64,000 nucleotides of DNA, from contig CBDCMT010000001.1 in the NCBI GenBank assembly GCA_965219095.1, positions 544,001 through 608,000 on the forward strand, in the 5' to 3' direction. A model generated the notes under the pieces. It was given only the letters and a program-made list of their open reading frames with translations, was not told where the DNA came from and searched no databases. This document shows, piece by piece, positions 1-9,846 of the stretch. Both the position numbers and the translations under genes were made by a program. Every line of letters begins with the position of its first letter. The stretch's first letter is position 1. Source of the stretch: Bdellovibrionales bacterium (GTDB lineage Bacteria; Bdellovibrionota; Bdellovibrionia; Bdellovibrionales; UBA1609).

Positions 1-226
1 TCTGCTTTCTTGATTTCCACTTCTGTTTAAGTAAGCTGAAACATCTCTTGTTGATATAATCTCTCCGTTCACAGAGGCGGCTTTTTGACCAGATAAACTA
101 TCAGTTCCTGTAAAAACTCCTGCAAGAACAAAGGCTAAAACGGCCATGACAAGAAAAAGTACGAATTTGAATTTAGCTATGAGTTTTTTTAAGAAATTTA
201 TTACTAGGCTCCTTAGAGTTATTCAT
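1..226 (-). CDS. SurA/PpiD-like N-terminal domain protein, 5' part only (runs off window); 1-nt frameshift in a T7 run
   Basis: Manual translation MNNSKEPSNKFLKK/LIAKFKFVLFLVMAVLAFVLAGVFTG..AASVNGEIISTRD. A TM anchor followed by A.VNGE.I is typical of PpiD/SurA N-termini. The ATG at 226 and the downstream frame differ by one base at T7 (184-190). Confidence 0.5.
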
Positions 227-268
227 TTTTATATTGATTTTATACCATGAGATTATAAACTATACAAA

Positions 269-1108
269 GTGATTTTTTCTAGATGGGGTTATCCTAAGAT
301 TTTTGGTCTTTTATTCATCGTACTGGTTCTGCCCTTTATGATTTTTCAGAACGAAGATAAGAAGCCTAGGGGTGTAAGTTTTATTCTGAGCCCTTTGTCT
401 TTTATTGTGGGAGAGGGTCAAAGCCTTTATTTTAACTTCCGTTACGATCTTGTTAGTACTTTATCTCTTTATCTCAATTTAGTAGGTATAAGCGAAAACA
501 ACAGAGTTTTGAGAGCAGAAAACGAAAGGCTCAAGAGTAAAGTCCAGCTTTTTGAGGAGTTGAAGAAAGAAAATGACAGGTTGAATAGGCTTTTAGGGTT
601 TCAGAAACAGGAGCCTATAAAGTTAGCAGCTGCTAAAGTCATAGGCACAGATCTGATTCCTAATAGAGAGACTTTAATCATCAATAAAGGCTTTGAACAT
701 GGAATCAAAGTCTTTATGCCTGTTGTAGTACCCTCAGGAGTGGTAGGCTATATCTTCCGCATCCAAGCCCATTCCTCCCAAGTGTTACTTTTAACTGATT
801 CTTATGCAGTTGTTGATGCTTTGGTCCAACGTTCAAGAACTAGACTTCTTGTAGAAGGCCATAACTTAAAAACTTTGACATCAACATATTTTAAAGAAGA
901 CCCCGATATAAGAGAAAATGATTTGATTGTAGCAAGTGGTTTAGACAACATTCTTCCTAAAGGGTTTCCCATAGGGACTGTGATTTCTGTTCATAAAGAT
1001 GTTTATAGTGCAACGCCCTCTGTAAGCATTAAACCGAGAGTTCCTTTAAATCGTCTTGAAGAAGTTTTTGTTGTATTAAATCTTGCCCATAAGAAAGGAA
1101 GTTTATGA
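269..1108 (+). CDS. mreC: rod shape-determining protein MreC
   Basis: TM, coiled coil (ENERLK, ENDRLNRLL), LIINKG..GI, SGLDNILPKGFPIGTV; first gene of the mreD-mrdA-rodA run. Confidence 0.93.
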   Translation: MIFSRWGYPKIFGLLFIVLVLPFMIFQNEDKKPRGVSFILSPLSFIVGEGQSLYFNFRYDLVSTLSLYLNLVGISENNRVLRAENERLKSKVQLFEELKKENDRLNRLLGFQKQEPIKLAAAKVIGTDLIPNRETLIINKGFEHGIKVFMPVVVPSGVVGYIFRIQAHSSQVLLLTDSYAVVDALVQRSRTRLLVEGHNLKTLTSTYFKEDPDIRENDLIVASGLDNILPKGFPIGTVISVHKDVYSATPSVSIKPRVPLNRLEEVFVVLNLAHKKGSL

Positions 1109-1599
1109 GTCGCACAAAATTTAATTTTTTCTTTTTATATTTAAGTGCTTTATTGGTTTTATTTTTACAAACCTCTGTATGGCCTAGGTCTTTTACCTCT
1201 CCTCAACTTGTAGTTCCTTTTTTGGTTTTTGCTGTCTCTTACAGAGGGCTTATTGAATCCACGTTTTCATTTTATATTTTTGCAAGCCTTTCTTCTCTCT
1301 TCACGGCTACAAGCTTTGGAACTTTAGTCTGCACTTACTTTCTTCTTTTTATTTTAAATGTTGTTGTTAATGACAGGTTTTTTAAACGTGAAATTAACTA
1401 TTTCAGCACTTCTTGTTTTGTAAATACTTTCGCTATGGGAGTTTTTTTTTCAGTGCTTTCTCCAGTTCCTTTTTATATATTGAGTTGGACTTTAAGCTCA
1501 ATTTTTACATTTTTTGTCTCCTTTCCTCTTTACCTTTATTTTATATGGCTTGACGAGAAAACACAAAAAGAAGATGTCTCTGAGGGTATTTTGTTATGA
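1105..1599 (+). CDS. mreD: rod shape-determining protein MreD (probable)
   Basis: 164-aa very hydrophobic protein between mreC and mrdA with overlapping start/stop codons; called by position. Confidence 0.7.
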   Translation: MSRTKFNFFFLYLSALLVLFLQTSVWPRSFTSPQLVVPFLVFAVSYRGLIESTFSFYIFASLSSLFTATSFGTLVCTYFLLFILNVVVNDRFFKREINYFSTSCFVNTFAMGVFFSVLSPVPFYILSWTLSSIFTFFVSFPLYLYFIWLDEKTQKEDVSEGILL

Positions 1600-3527
1600 G
1601 TTTAATTCATGACATCACTTCCCATGAAGCTATGAAAAATTTCAGAACACGCTACCAATGGCTATATATTTGTTTGACTTTTTTTGGCCTCTTTATTGTG
1701 TTTCGCTTATGGCACTTGCAGATTATAAAAGGCGATGAGTTAAATGATTACTCGAAAAGAAACCTTATTAAAGAAACCAAAATTCAAGCTCCTAGAGGAA
1801 TTTTCTTTGATAGGGAGGAGAGGATTCTTGTAAAAAATAAAGTGGGTTTTTATTTGACTTTAAAACCTCAGTTTACCAAGGATAAAGAAACTACACTTAA
1901 AGCTATTCAACCTGTTATAGAAAATCGTATAAAAAAACTTCTAAAAAAAATTAAAGTTAGTGAAAGAAAACATGGACTCTTTCAAGATGTTGTTTTGAAA
2001 GAGAACCTGTCTTTTAATGAAGTTAGTTTTTTAAAAAGAATCTTATTTGCTTATCCTGGCCTTTCTGTGAAAAAAGTCATTTTAAGAAAGTACCCTTTGA
2101 ATAAAAATGGAGCCCAGCTTTTTGGCTATGTAGGTGAGATTTCAGAAACAGAGATTAAAAAATACAACAAAAAAAAGTCAGATGTTTGGTTTGAACAAGG
2201 AGATATTATTGGGAAGAGCGGTCTTGAAAGAGAGTGGGAGGAGGAGTTAAGAGGACAGAGAGGGGCTTTTTATGAAGAGGTGGATGCTTTAGGACGAGGA
2301 CAGATCACTCAGTTCTTAGGTTTAAAAAATAAAACAGCAAATCAAGGGCATCACTTGGTGTTAACCCTTGATAAAGATCTTCAAGAAGCTAGCTTTAAGA
2401 GTATGAAAAGAAAAGATCCTATAGGAGAGAGAATAGGAGCTGTTGTGGCTATGAAAACCAACGGTGAGGTTTTAGCTTGGGTTAGTCTGCCTTCTTTTAA
2501 CCCTAATGTTTTTACAGAAACCATTGGTACAAAGGTGTGGAGTGACATTTCGTTAAATTCCTATAAACCTTTTAGAAATAAAGTGATTCAAGATCATTAT
2601 CCTCCCGGTTCAGCCCTTAAACCTCTTATAGGTTTGATAGGCCTTCATGAAAACAAAATCTCTCCAGAAGAGAAAGTTTTATCTCCTGGATTTATAAAGC
2701 TGGGTAGAAGAAGATGGCATGATCATAAAAGAGGAGGCCATGGAGAGATCAATTTAATTCAAGCTATTGAGAGATCAAGTAATACCTTTTTTTATAAACT
2801 AGGTATGAATTTGGACATAGATCATGTAGCCCATTGGGCTTCTTTGTTTCAGTTAGGCCAAAAAACAGGAATTCAATTAGAACATGAAAAAGAAGGCCTT
2901 GTTCCATCTAAAACTTGGAAGTTAAAAAGAACAGGTGAACCTTGGCAACTAGGAGAAAATCTCATTCATGCTATCGGACAAGGGTTTTGGCTTGTCACCC
3001 CCTTACAAATGGCTGTTTTATTTAATGCTTTAGCTTTGGAAGGAAAAGTTTATCGTCCTTTTTTAGTCAAACGAATCAAAAACTCAAAAGAAGAAATCAT
3101 CAAAGAATTTAAACCTCGTTTGATACGAGAGATAAAGAGCATACCAAAAGCACATTTTCAAACTGCTAAAGCGGGAATGTTTCAAGTCTCTAATGGAGAT
3201 TATGGAACAGCTCGTTTTTGGAAGATAGGAGGTGATGTAAAGTTTTCAGGAAAAACGGGAACCGTTCAAATAAAAAATCTCTCTGCCTCTGAGGTCTACC
3301 AAAAGTGTGAAAATTTAATTTTTGACAAAAGACATCATGGTTGGTTTGCAGGATATGCTCCCAGCAAAGCTCCTGAAATTGTAGTGGTGGTTTTTACTCA
3401 GCATTCCTGTCATGGCTCAACAGGATCCGTTCCTGTAGCTAGAGATATTATGAGAGCTTATTTAAAAAAATACAGGCCAGAGCTTATGAAAAAGAAAGTA
3501 CTCAAGAAAGGAGGAAAAAGTGCTTAA
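1596..3527 (+). CDS. mrdA: penicillin-binding protein 2
   Basis: RLWHLQI, APRGIFFDR, SxxK (SALK), SxN (SSN) and KTG motifs. Confidence 0.95.
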   Translation: MSLIHDITSHEAMKNFRTRYQWLYICLTFFGLFIVFRLWHLQIIKGDELNDYSKRNLIKETKIQAPRGIFFDREERILVKNKVGFYLTLKPQFTKDKETTLKAIQPVIENRIKKLLKKIKVSERKHGLFQDVVLKENLSFNEVSFLKRILFAYPGLSVKKVILRKYPLNKNGAQLFGYVGEISETEIKKYNKKKSDVWFEQGDIIGKSGLEREWEEELRGQRGAFYEEVDALGRGQITQFLGLKNKTANQGHHLVLTLDKDLQEASFKSMKRKDPIGERIGAVVAMKTNGEVLAWVSLPSFNPNVFTETIGTKVWSDISLNSYKPFRNKVIQDHYPPGSALKPLIGLIGLHENKISPEEKVLSPGFIKLGRRRWHDHKRGGHGEINLIQAIERSSNTFFYKLGMNLDIDHVAHWASLFQLGQKTGIQLEHEKEGLVPSKTWKLKRTGEPWQLGENLIHAIGQGFWLVTPLQMAVLFNALALEGKVYRPFLVKRIKNSKEEIIKEFKPRLIREIKSIPKAHFQTAKAGMFQVSNGDYGTARFWKIGGDVKFSGKTGTVQIKNLSASEVYQKCENLIFDKRHHGWFAGYAPSKAPEIVVVVFTQHSCHGSTGSVPVARDIMRAYLKKYRPELMKKKVLKKGGKSA

Positions 3528-4641
3528 TTTAGAAAAAGAACAGGAGAAATCCTTTTTCAAACGTTTTGATTTTTTATTATCAACAAATATTTTTCTTCTC
3601 CATTGTATAGGTTTAGTGGTCGTTTATAGTGCAACTCATGACATACAGTCTCAACATTTAAGCTCTCTTTTCAAATCTCAAGCGATTTGGATTCTCTTAT
3701 CTTGGATTCTTTATTTGTCTTTAACATTGTTTAATTACAATTGGTTTAAAAAAATAAGCTACCTCCTCTACTTTATCAATGTATTAGCTCTTCTTCTTGT
3801 AGCTTTAAGTGGTAAATCTTCTTATGGAGTTCAAAGGTGGATTGACTTGGGTGTTTTTTACTACCAGCCCTCTGAAACCATTAAGATTGTTTTAGTTATG
3901 GTTTTAGCCTATGAGTTCTCATCAAGAAATTTATACGAAAGTCTTGATCTAAAATCCCTCATAAAACCCCTCTTCCTGATTTTTATTCCTTTTTTTATGA
4001 TTCTTTCCCAACCAGATTTAGGAACAGCCATGATTTTTTTTCTAATAACAGGGTCTTTATTGCTTTTTGTAAAGGTGAAAAAGTCGATCCTTATAAGCTC
4101 TTTGTTCCTTCTTGTTATGTCTTTACCACTTGTTTGGAGTTATGGTTTAAAAACTTATCAAAAAAATAGAGTGCTTACCTTTTTAAATCCTGATAAAGAT
4201 CCTCGAGGAGCAGGCTACAATAGTATTCAATCTAAAATTGCTGTGGGAAGTGGTGCGTTTTGGGGAAAAGGTTTTTTAGGAGGAACTCAGTCGCAATTAG
4301 CTTTTTTACCGGAAAGACATACAGACTTTATTTATAGTGTCTTAGGTGAGGAGTTTGGTTTTGTAGGGAGTGTGGTTACTTTTATGGCACTTATTTTCCT
4401 GCTCATACAACTCTTGCAAATATCCTTTCATTCAAAAGATTCTTTTGGGGCTTTACTTGTTCTGGGGGGAGGATTTTATCTTTTTTGGCATATTTTTGTA
4501 AATATAGGTATGGTTTTAGGGCTTTTACCTGTAGTAGGGGCCCCTCTACCCTTTCTTTCCTATGGCGGTTCAAGTCTCATGACAACTATGTTTTTTTTAG
4601 GCCTTGCCTCTTCTGTTTCATTACGACGCTATATTTTTTGA
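3520..4641 (+). CDS. rodA: SEDS peptidoglycan glycosyltransferase RodA
   Basis: QRWIDLG, QPSE, QPDLGT, LPERHTDFI, LPFLSYGGSS. Confidence 0.95.
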   Translation: MLNLEKEQEKSFFKRFDFLLSTNIFLLHCIGLVVVYSATHDIQSQHLSSLFKSQAIWILLSWILYLSLTLFNYNWFKKISYLLYFINVLALLLVALSGKSSYGVQRWIDLGVFYYQPSETIKIVLVMVLAYEFSSRNLYESLDLKSLIKPLFLIFIPFFMILSQPDLGTAMIFFLITGSLLLFVKVKKSILISSLFLLVMSLPLVWSYGLKTYQKNRVLTFLNPDKDPRGAGYNSIQSKIAVGSGAFWGKGFLGGTQSQLAFLPERHTDFIYSVLGEEFGFVGSVVTFMALIFLLIQLLQISFHSKDSFGALLVLGGGFYLFWHIFVNIGMVLGLLPVVGAPLPFLSYGGSSLMTTMFFLGLASSVSLRRYIF

Positions 4642-4779
4642 ACATGTTTTCTTTTGAGTCACTTTTCTTTTTTATTGACAAAGTAAAAAAAATTATGAGA
4701 CAATGAAATTGAAAGTAAAAAGTAATTGACATTAGTTTTTATAGAATTTTACTTTCTGTTTAAAGAAAGGAGAGGTAAA

Positions 4780-5064
4780 GTGATTTGTTTTAAGTTTGAT
4801 GGATTTGAGCCTTCGGTTCAGCTTCATAGATTAGCAAAACAAGTGCTTTGGAGCATTGAAAACAGTTCCCCTTCTTACTCAAGGCTTCAAGCTTCTATGA
4901 AGAAAGAAGGCAAGAGATTCAAAGGATCCATTAGAGTTTGTTATGGTAAGGGCTGTTTTGAAATTAGTGCTGAAGATGAAAAAGCTGAGGTTTTAGTTGA
5001 AACTCTTAAAAGTGGTATTGTTACTAAAATTGGTGATTGGAAAAAAAGAAGAAAAGTTGCTTAA
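4780..5064 (+). CDS. small hypothetical protein
   Basis: ORF; GTG at 4780 follows AGGAGAGG; function not recognised. Confidence 0.55.
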   Translation: MICFKFDGFEPSVQLHRLAKQVLWSIENSSPSYSRLQASMKKEGKRFKGSIRVCYGKGCFEISAEDEKAEVLVETLKSGIVTKIGDWKKRRKVA

Positions 5065-5097
5065 TATCTTTTTGATATTTATAATACAAAGGTTTTT

Positions 5098-5586
5098 ATG
5101 AGCTTTTGTATTAAGCTGTCTAAAGAAGACTTTAAATTTTCTGTCGCTCATTTTGCTATTTTTGGGCCCAGTTGTGCGGAGCGGTTCCATGGACACAATT
5201 ATTATGTAAGTTTTGAATTTGAATTAAAAGCTATAAGCTCTGATTTGGGTTTTTCTATTGAATTTAACGAATTAAAACCTCTTTTAAAAGAAGTTTGCAA
5301 GACCTTAGACGAGTTTATTTTAATTCCTAAAAGCTCCCAACACTTAAAAATCAAAGAAAATAAGACTCAAGTCGAGGTATACTTTCATAAAAAGCTCTAC
5401 TCCCTTCCTAAAGAAGATGTCCTCCTCTTAGCTTTGAAAAATATCTCTTGCGAGGAGTTGTCTTTTTACCTTTGGAAAGAGCTTAGAACGATTTTACCCC
5501 CTCCTTATAAGAAAAGGATCATAAGAATGGGAGTTGAGGTTCAAGAGACAAGAGGGCAAAAGGCTTTGTATAAAGGGGAACTGTAA
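5098..5586 (+). CDS. queD: 6-carboxytetrahydropterin synthase / PTPS family
   Basis: FSVAHF, CAERFHGHNY, LDE, SCEEL, VQET motifs. Confidence 0.8.
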   Translation: MSFCIKLSKEDFKFSVAHFAIFGPSCAERFHGHNYYVSFEFELKAISSDLGFSIEFNELKPLLKEVCKTLDEFILIPKSSQHLKIKENKTQVEVYFHKKLYSLPKEDVLLLALKNISCEELSFYLWKELRTILPPPYKKRIIRMGVEVQETRGQKALYKGEL

Positions 5587-5587
5587 A

Positions 5588-5977
5588 ATGAAAGAGGCCT
5601 TTAGAAGTGCTAAAAAGGCTTTAGAAAAGGCTTATGCTCCCTATTCTCAGTTTTTTGTGGGGGCTAGTGTTAAGGCTAAGAGTTTCAATGAAATATTTAC
5701 AGGCACTAATATTGAAAATGCCAGTTATGGAGCCAGTGTGTGTGCAGAAAGAGTAGCTCTTTGGCATATGGTGCATAAATTAGGGGGAACTCAAACAGTA
5801 GAGTGGCTTTGTTTTGTTACAAAAACAAAAGAACCTAGTCGCCCTTGTGGCCAATGTCTACAAGTCCTCTCTGAGTTCTGTGACTCTGAAACAAAAATTT
5901 ATTGCTATACTTTTGATGGTATGTTAAAAGAAAGTCTATTTAAAGAGTTATTTCCAGAACCGTTTAAACTGAAATGA
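5588..5977 (+). CDS. cdd: cytidine deaminase
   Basis: AYAPYSQFFVGA, NIENASYG..CAER, PCGQCLQ; ATG at 5588 preferred over the ORF-track start. Confidence 0.93.
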   Translation: MKEAFRSAKKALEKAYAPYSQFFVGASVKAKSFNEIFTGTNIENASYGASVCAERVALWHMVHKLGGTQTVEWLCFVTKTKEPSRPCGQCLQVLSEFCDSETKIYCYTFDGMLKESLFKELFPEPFKLK

Positions 5978-6684
5978 AACCGCAAAAAAATCCTATCTTA
6001 GAAATCCTCATTAACGTTATCATTCCAGTAGTCCTTCTTCATCGTTTGTCTAAAATCATAGATCCCCGCATAGCTTTGGTTACGGCTTTAGCTCTTCCTC
6101 TTGGCTACGGTCTTTATAACTATATTAAGTCCCATAACAAAAATATTTTTTCTATTTTTGGTTTTTTAAATATTCTTTTAACAGGAGGCCTGGCTCTTAT
6201 CACTTTTGAAGGAATATGGTTTGTGGTCAAAGAAACAGCTGTACCTGCACTTTTAGGTCTTATCGTTATTTTAACTCGCTTTACGAAAAGGGTTGCTTTT
6301 TCCTGGATTTTTTACAATTCCTATGTCTTCGATAAAAAGTTTGTAGAAAAAAAATTAGAAGAAAGAAAAAATAAAGTTAAGTTTAGAACTCACTTGAAAA
6401 GATGTAATGACCTTTTTGCTGTTAGTTTTTTCATAAGTGCTCTTTTGAATTTTTTATTAGCAAAGAACATTTTTACAGCACTTCCTTCTGAGCTGAGTGA
6501 GCTTAAAAAACAAGAACTTCTTAATATGCAAATTGCTGATATGACTTGGAAAAGTCAAATTGTCATTGTAGTACCACTTATGATTTTTGGACTTTTAACT
6601 TTATGGTATTTTATATCAAAAACCCTCAAATATATCAAATTAGAATACAAAGATTTAAATAAAATTTTAATTAAAAAGGTGTAG
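5974..6684 (+). CDS. VC0807-like multi-pass membrane protein
   Basis: ILINVIIP, LALPLGYG, NILLTGG, WFVVKE, SFFISALLNF pattern. Confidence 0.65.
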   Translation: MKPQKNPILEILINVIIPVVLLHRLSKIIDPRIALVTALALPLGYGLYNYIKSHNKNIFSIFGFLNILLTGGLALITFEGIWFVVKETAVPALLGLIVILTRFTKRVAFSWIFYNSYVFDKKFVEKKLEERKNKVKFRTHLKRCNDLFAVSFFISALLNFLLAKNIFTALPSELSELKKQELLNMQIADMTWKSQIVIVVPLMIFGLLTLWYFISKTLKYIKLEYKDLNKILIKKV

Positions 6685-7087
6685 GGGGAAAGAAGTATTT
6701 CTTTTTTAATTTATAGAATTCATTTCGTTTTTTAATATAAGCTTTTCTAGCCTTTTCTTTTTTTAAAGCTCTTTTTTTCATTCTTTCTAATTTTATTTGA
6801 AAATGTTTTTTTGATGGAATGGCTTTAGATCTCTCTAAAATATACTTTTTTCTCAAGCTCTCTTTCTGTTTAAGATAATTTATATACTTTTTTTTGGAAG
6901 AGGTGTACTCTTTTCTCCTTTTCTTTTCTAAGAGAAGCCTCTCTTTTTTATGAAGTTCAAAGCTCATCCTTTTTTTTCTAAATTCTCTTATAAGTTCTTT
7001 TGAATTTAAATTTTCCCACCACCCACAATGAGCCTTAAAGGTTAAAGAACATATGAGAAGAATTAGGTTTAAATAACTAAAGTACAT
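6671..7087 (-). CDS. Lys/Arg-rich hypothetical protein with signal peptide
   Basis: ORF with hydrophobic N-terminus; AGGAG just upstream of the ATG. Confidence 0.55.
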   Translation of the reverse strand: MYFSYLNLILLICSLTFKAHCGWWENLNSKELIREFRKKRMSFELHKKERLLLEKKRRKEYTSSKKKYINYLKQKESLRKKYILERSKAIPSKKHFQIKLERMKKRALKKEKARKAYIKKRNEFYKLKKKYFFPPTPF

Positions 7088-7274
7088 ACTCCTATTATCT
7101 TGATGGGAGATATTTTAATAAAGCCCAAGTTATATCTATAGACCTGTTTTTTAGATTTTAACCCTATAAACTTATCAAAAGTCCATGGTCTTTTGATAAG
7201 TTCTTTTTCTTTTACATTTTATCATATAGACTTAAATAAGAACAATTTGTATTAAATTTTTTTAAGGAGAATTT

Positions 7275-8345
7275 ATGGACTTATTCCTCTCAGTTTCAGT
7301 GTTTTTTCTTAAGGTCATTATCATTGTTACAGGAATTCTTGTTATTATAGGCTTCTTTTTCGCTATGATTCAAAAGTCTAAAGAGAAAAGCCCTAAAATC
7401 AAAGTCAATCATGTGAACAAAAAATGGAAAGAACGTTTGCAAGCCATAAACTCTCGTATTTTAAGTAAAAAGGAAGTAAAAAAACTAAAAAAACAACAAA
7501 AAGCAAAACAAAAAGATAAAAAAGATAAGAAAAATAAGACTATTTATGTTCTTTCCTTTAAAGGTGATGTCAAAGCCTCCCAAGTAAAAAATTTACGACA
7601 AGAGGTCTCAGTTCTTTTAGAATTGGCTGATAAAAAAAAGGATGAGGTTGTGATTCGTGTAGAAAGCCCAGGGGGGACTGTTATGGGTTATGGTTTAGCA
7701 GCTTCTCAACTCATGAGATTGAAAGAAGCAGGACTCAAGCTTATCGCTTGTGTGGATAAAATTGCAGCAAGCGGAGGATATATGATGGCCTGTACAGCTG
7801 ATCATATTGTAGCCGCCCCTTTTTCCATTATAGGTTCTATTGGAGTGGTGTCGAGTTTTCCTAACTTTCACAGATTTTTAAAAGGAAAAAATGTAGATTA
7901 TTTACAAATCACAGCAGGCGAGTACAAAAGAACCATAACAGTCCTTGGTGAAATAACAGATAAAGCAAAGCTAAAACATCAAGAACAAATTGAAAACATT
8001 CATACTCTTTTTAAAAACTTTGTGTTTAAAAACAGACAGAAATTGAATCTTTCCCAAGTAGCTACAGGAGAATATTGGCTAGGCTCTGATGCACTTAATT
8101 TAAATCTCGTTGACGAAATAAAAACAAGTGATGAATATCTTTTTTCAAAAAGAAATGAAGCTGAGATTTATGAAATATCTATTGACGATTTAGATAAAAA
8201 GAATTTTTTAAAAAAACTTATGGAGGCAGGTCTATTTTATGACAGAAATTTTTTTGAATTCTATGGCCTTAAGAATTCAAAAAGAGAGAATATAAAAGAT
8301 CATAAAACGTCTCCTCATCCTTATGAAGACTTGATGTTTTTATAA
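7275..8345 (+). CDS. sohB: S49 family protease SohB
   Basis: F.GDVKAS, ESPGG, GYGLAASQL, AASGGYMMAC, TAGEYKRT, ATGEYW; RBS AAGGAG. Confidence 0.93.
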   Translation: MDLFLSVSVFFLKVIIIVTGILVIIGFFFAMIQKSKEKSPKIKVNHVNKKWKERLQAINSRILSKKEVKKLKKQQKAKQKDKKDKKNKTIYVLSFKGDVKASQVKNLRQEVSVLLELADKKKDEVVIRVESPGGTVMGYGLAASQLMRLKEAGLKLIACVDKIAASGGYMMACTADHIVAAPFSIIGSIGVVSSFPNFHRFLKGKNVDYLQITAGEYKRTITVLGEITDKAKLKHQEQIENIHTLFKNFVFKNRQKLNLSQVATGEYWLGSDALNLNLVDEIKTSDEYLFSKRNEAEIYEISIDDLDKKNFLKKLMEAGLFYDRNFFEFYGLKNSKRENIKDHKTSPHPYEDLMFL

Positions 8346-8566
8346 AAAAGTGTTCCATATGTTTTAGGAAAGCCTGTAAATTCCTTTAATTCCTTAGCTT
8401 TTGTTTTTCCCGACTTCAGCGTTTTCCACTACTAAAACTTCATAAAAGTGTGCGAGCTATGTTTAGAACAGAGTTGGGTGGTATTTTTCCAGAAAGTGCA
8501 TTTGTAGTGTCAGAAATCTTTTTTTGAGGTCTTTTCAGGGCTGGAAATTTCTTTTAACATTTAAAT

Positions 8567-8761
8567 ATGTTTGTAAAAAAGATTCCAAGAAAAAATGGTT
8601 CTATTTCAGTTCAGATTGTAGAGAACAAGAGAGTACAGAATAAAGTCATCCAAAAAACCATTCAACATTTGGAGCAATATACAGATAAGAAGAGGTTGGA
8701 ACAAACCCTATCTTTTGCAGAACAGCTTATTATACTATTTCCAAAAAATAAGTCATTTTAA
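8567..8761 (+). pseudogene. IS1634-family transposase N-terminal fragment
   Basis: MFVKKIPRKNGSISVQIVENKRVQNKVIQKTIQHL resembles IS1634 N-termini; only 64 aa. Confidence 0.6.
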
Positions 8762-8805
8762 TGAGTTTAGTCTTTTTCACATGCGACTGTTTAGTAAAAA
8801 TACAT

Positions 8806-9702
8806 TTACTGAAGAAAGAAAAGACCCATTAAGTTGTAAACATTTTGAGTGGGAATACCCATGTGAGTTGCTACTTTTCCAAAGAGCTTAGCAAGTCCAA
8901 TAGGATCTGTGGCTGTGGCTTTTTCTACCTCATCAAATGAAACTCCAATTATTTTTTGTGCATACCGATTAGTCGTCTCTCTGTCCAGACTATCTGGATC
9001 AAGGTTTGCAAATTCAATAGCCAGCTCTGCTATTACTGAGGTTTTGTCTTCAGACACATTAAACTGAGTACGTAAGATTTCAGAGAATTTCTCAACTTTA
9101 CTTTCTTCCATAAAGCCAAGTTCCATTCCTGTATAGTAGCTGTAAGTGTCTTTTAGATCGCTGTACTCTCTTCCTGTATTAGAATCTGTATAGACGTAAT
9201 CGTTGATAGAATGCTGAGTATAATTATTATTTTTTCTTGTAATGTAGAAATCAGCTTCAGATTTTCCTTCTGATCGCACAAGGTTAACTACAGAATTTTC
9301 TCTATAGTAAGAGTCAAGATCAGGATAACCACCAATTATCCTTTTATAAATGAGATACCGAGTCCCCTGACTGTTTCCCCTCTTATAAGAGTCATCAGAA
9401 TAATAACTCTCCATAAAATTGTTAAAATTCACAGCTACATATTCATTGGTGTTTCTGTCATAATAAACAGCATAGCCTGTTTGTTTAGTCCATTTCTTTA
9501 CGAGTACAAGATTATGGCGTCTACCTTTATCACCTAAAACCTGATTGAGCATATTTGAAAAAAGTATGGCTATATTCGCATGGTCTATGTCTTGTCTTGT
9601 ACCTTTGCCTTTAGCATTGCCGTTGTTGTCACCACCACCACAACCTATGAGTAAAAAAGAACCGCAGATGATTGTTATTAAAATTTTTGATATTGTTTTC
9701 AT
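8806..9702 (-). CDS. hypothetical lipoprotein
   Basis: ATG at 9702 with RBS GAGGAGG; MKTISKILITIICGSFLLIG-C lipobox. Confidence 0.75.
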   Translation of the reverse strand: MKTISKILITIICGSFLLIGCGGGDNNGNAKGKGTRQDIDHANIAILFSNMLNQVLGDKGRRHNLVLVKKWTKQTGYAVYYDRNTNEYVAVNFNNFMESYYSDDSYKRGNSQGTRYLIYKRIIGGYPDLDSYYRENSVVNLVRSEGKSEADFYITRKNNNYTQHSINDYVYTDSNTGREYSDLKDTYSYYTGMELGFMEESKVEKFSEILRTQFNVSEDKTSVIAELAIEFANLDPDSLDRETTNRYAQKIIGVSFDEVEKATATDPIGLAKLFGKVATHMGIPTQNVYNLMGLFFLQ

Positions 9703-9813
9703 GTTTTCCTCCTCTTTTTGTTTATTATTTTTATTTATCTTGAACCTTATTTTTTTACTTCCTAACTGCACTATCCAATCTAATGCAACTTGAAAGTTAA
9801 TTAGCAAACATCT

Positions 9814-9846
9814 AGGGCGTGTCCTCATTTGACTGGACCTTTGCTT
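9814..9846 (-). mobile_element. IS5-family (IS427-like) right-end remnant
   Basis: AAAGGTCCAGTCAAATGAGGACACGCCCT also occurs near 12762-12791 and 56444-56472, where it follows an IS5 transposase C-terminus (ACIFIWLKL). Confidence 0.7.

Noticed and set aside
269..4641. Absence of mreB from the mreCD-mrdA-rodA cluster
   Set aside because: mreB is often encoded separately; one window cannot show loss.
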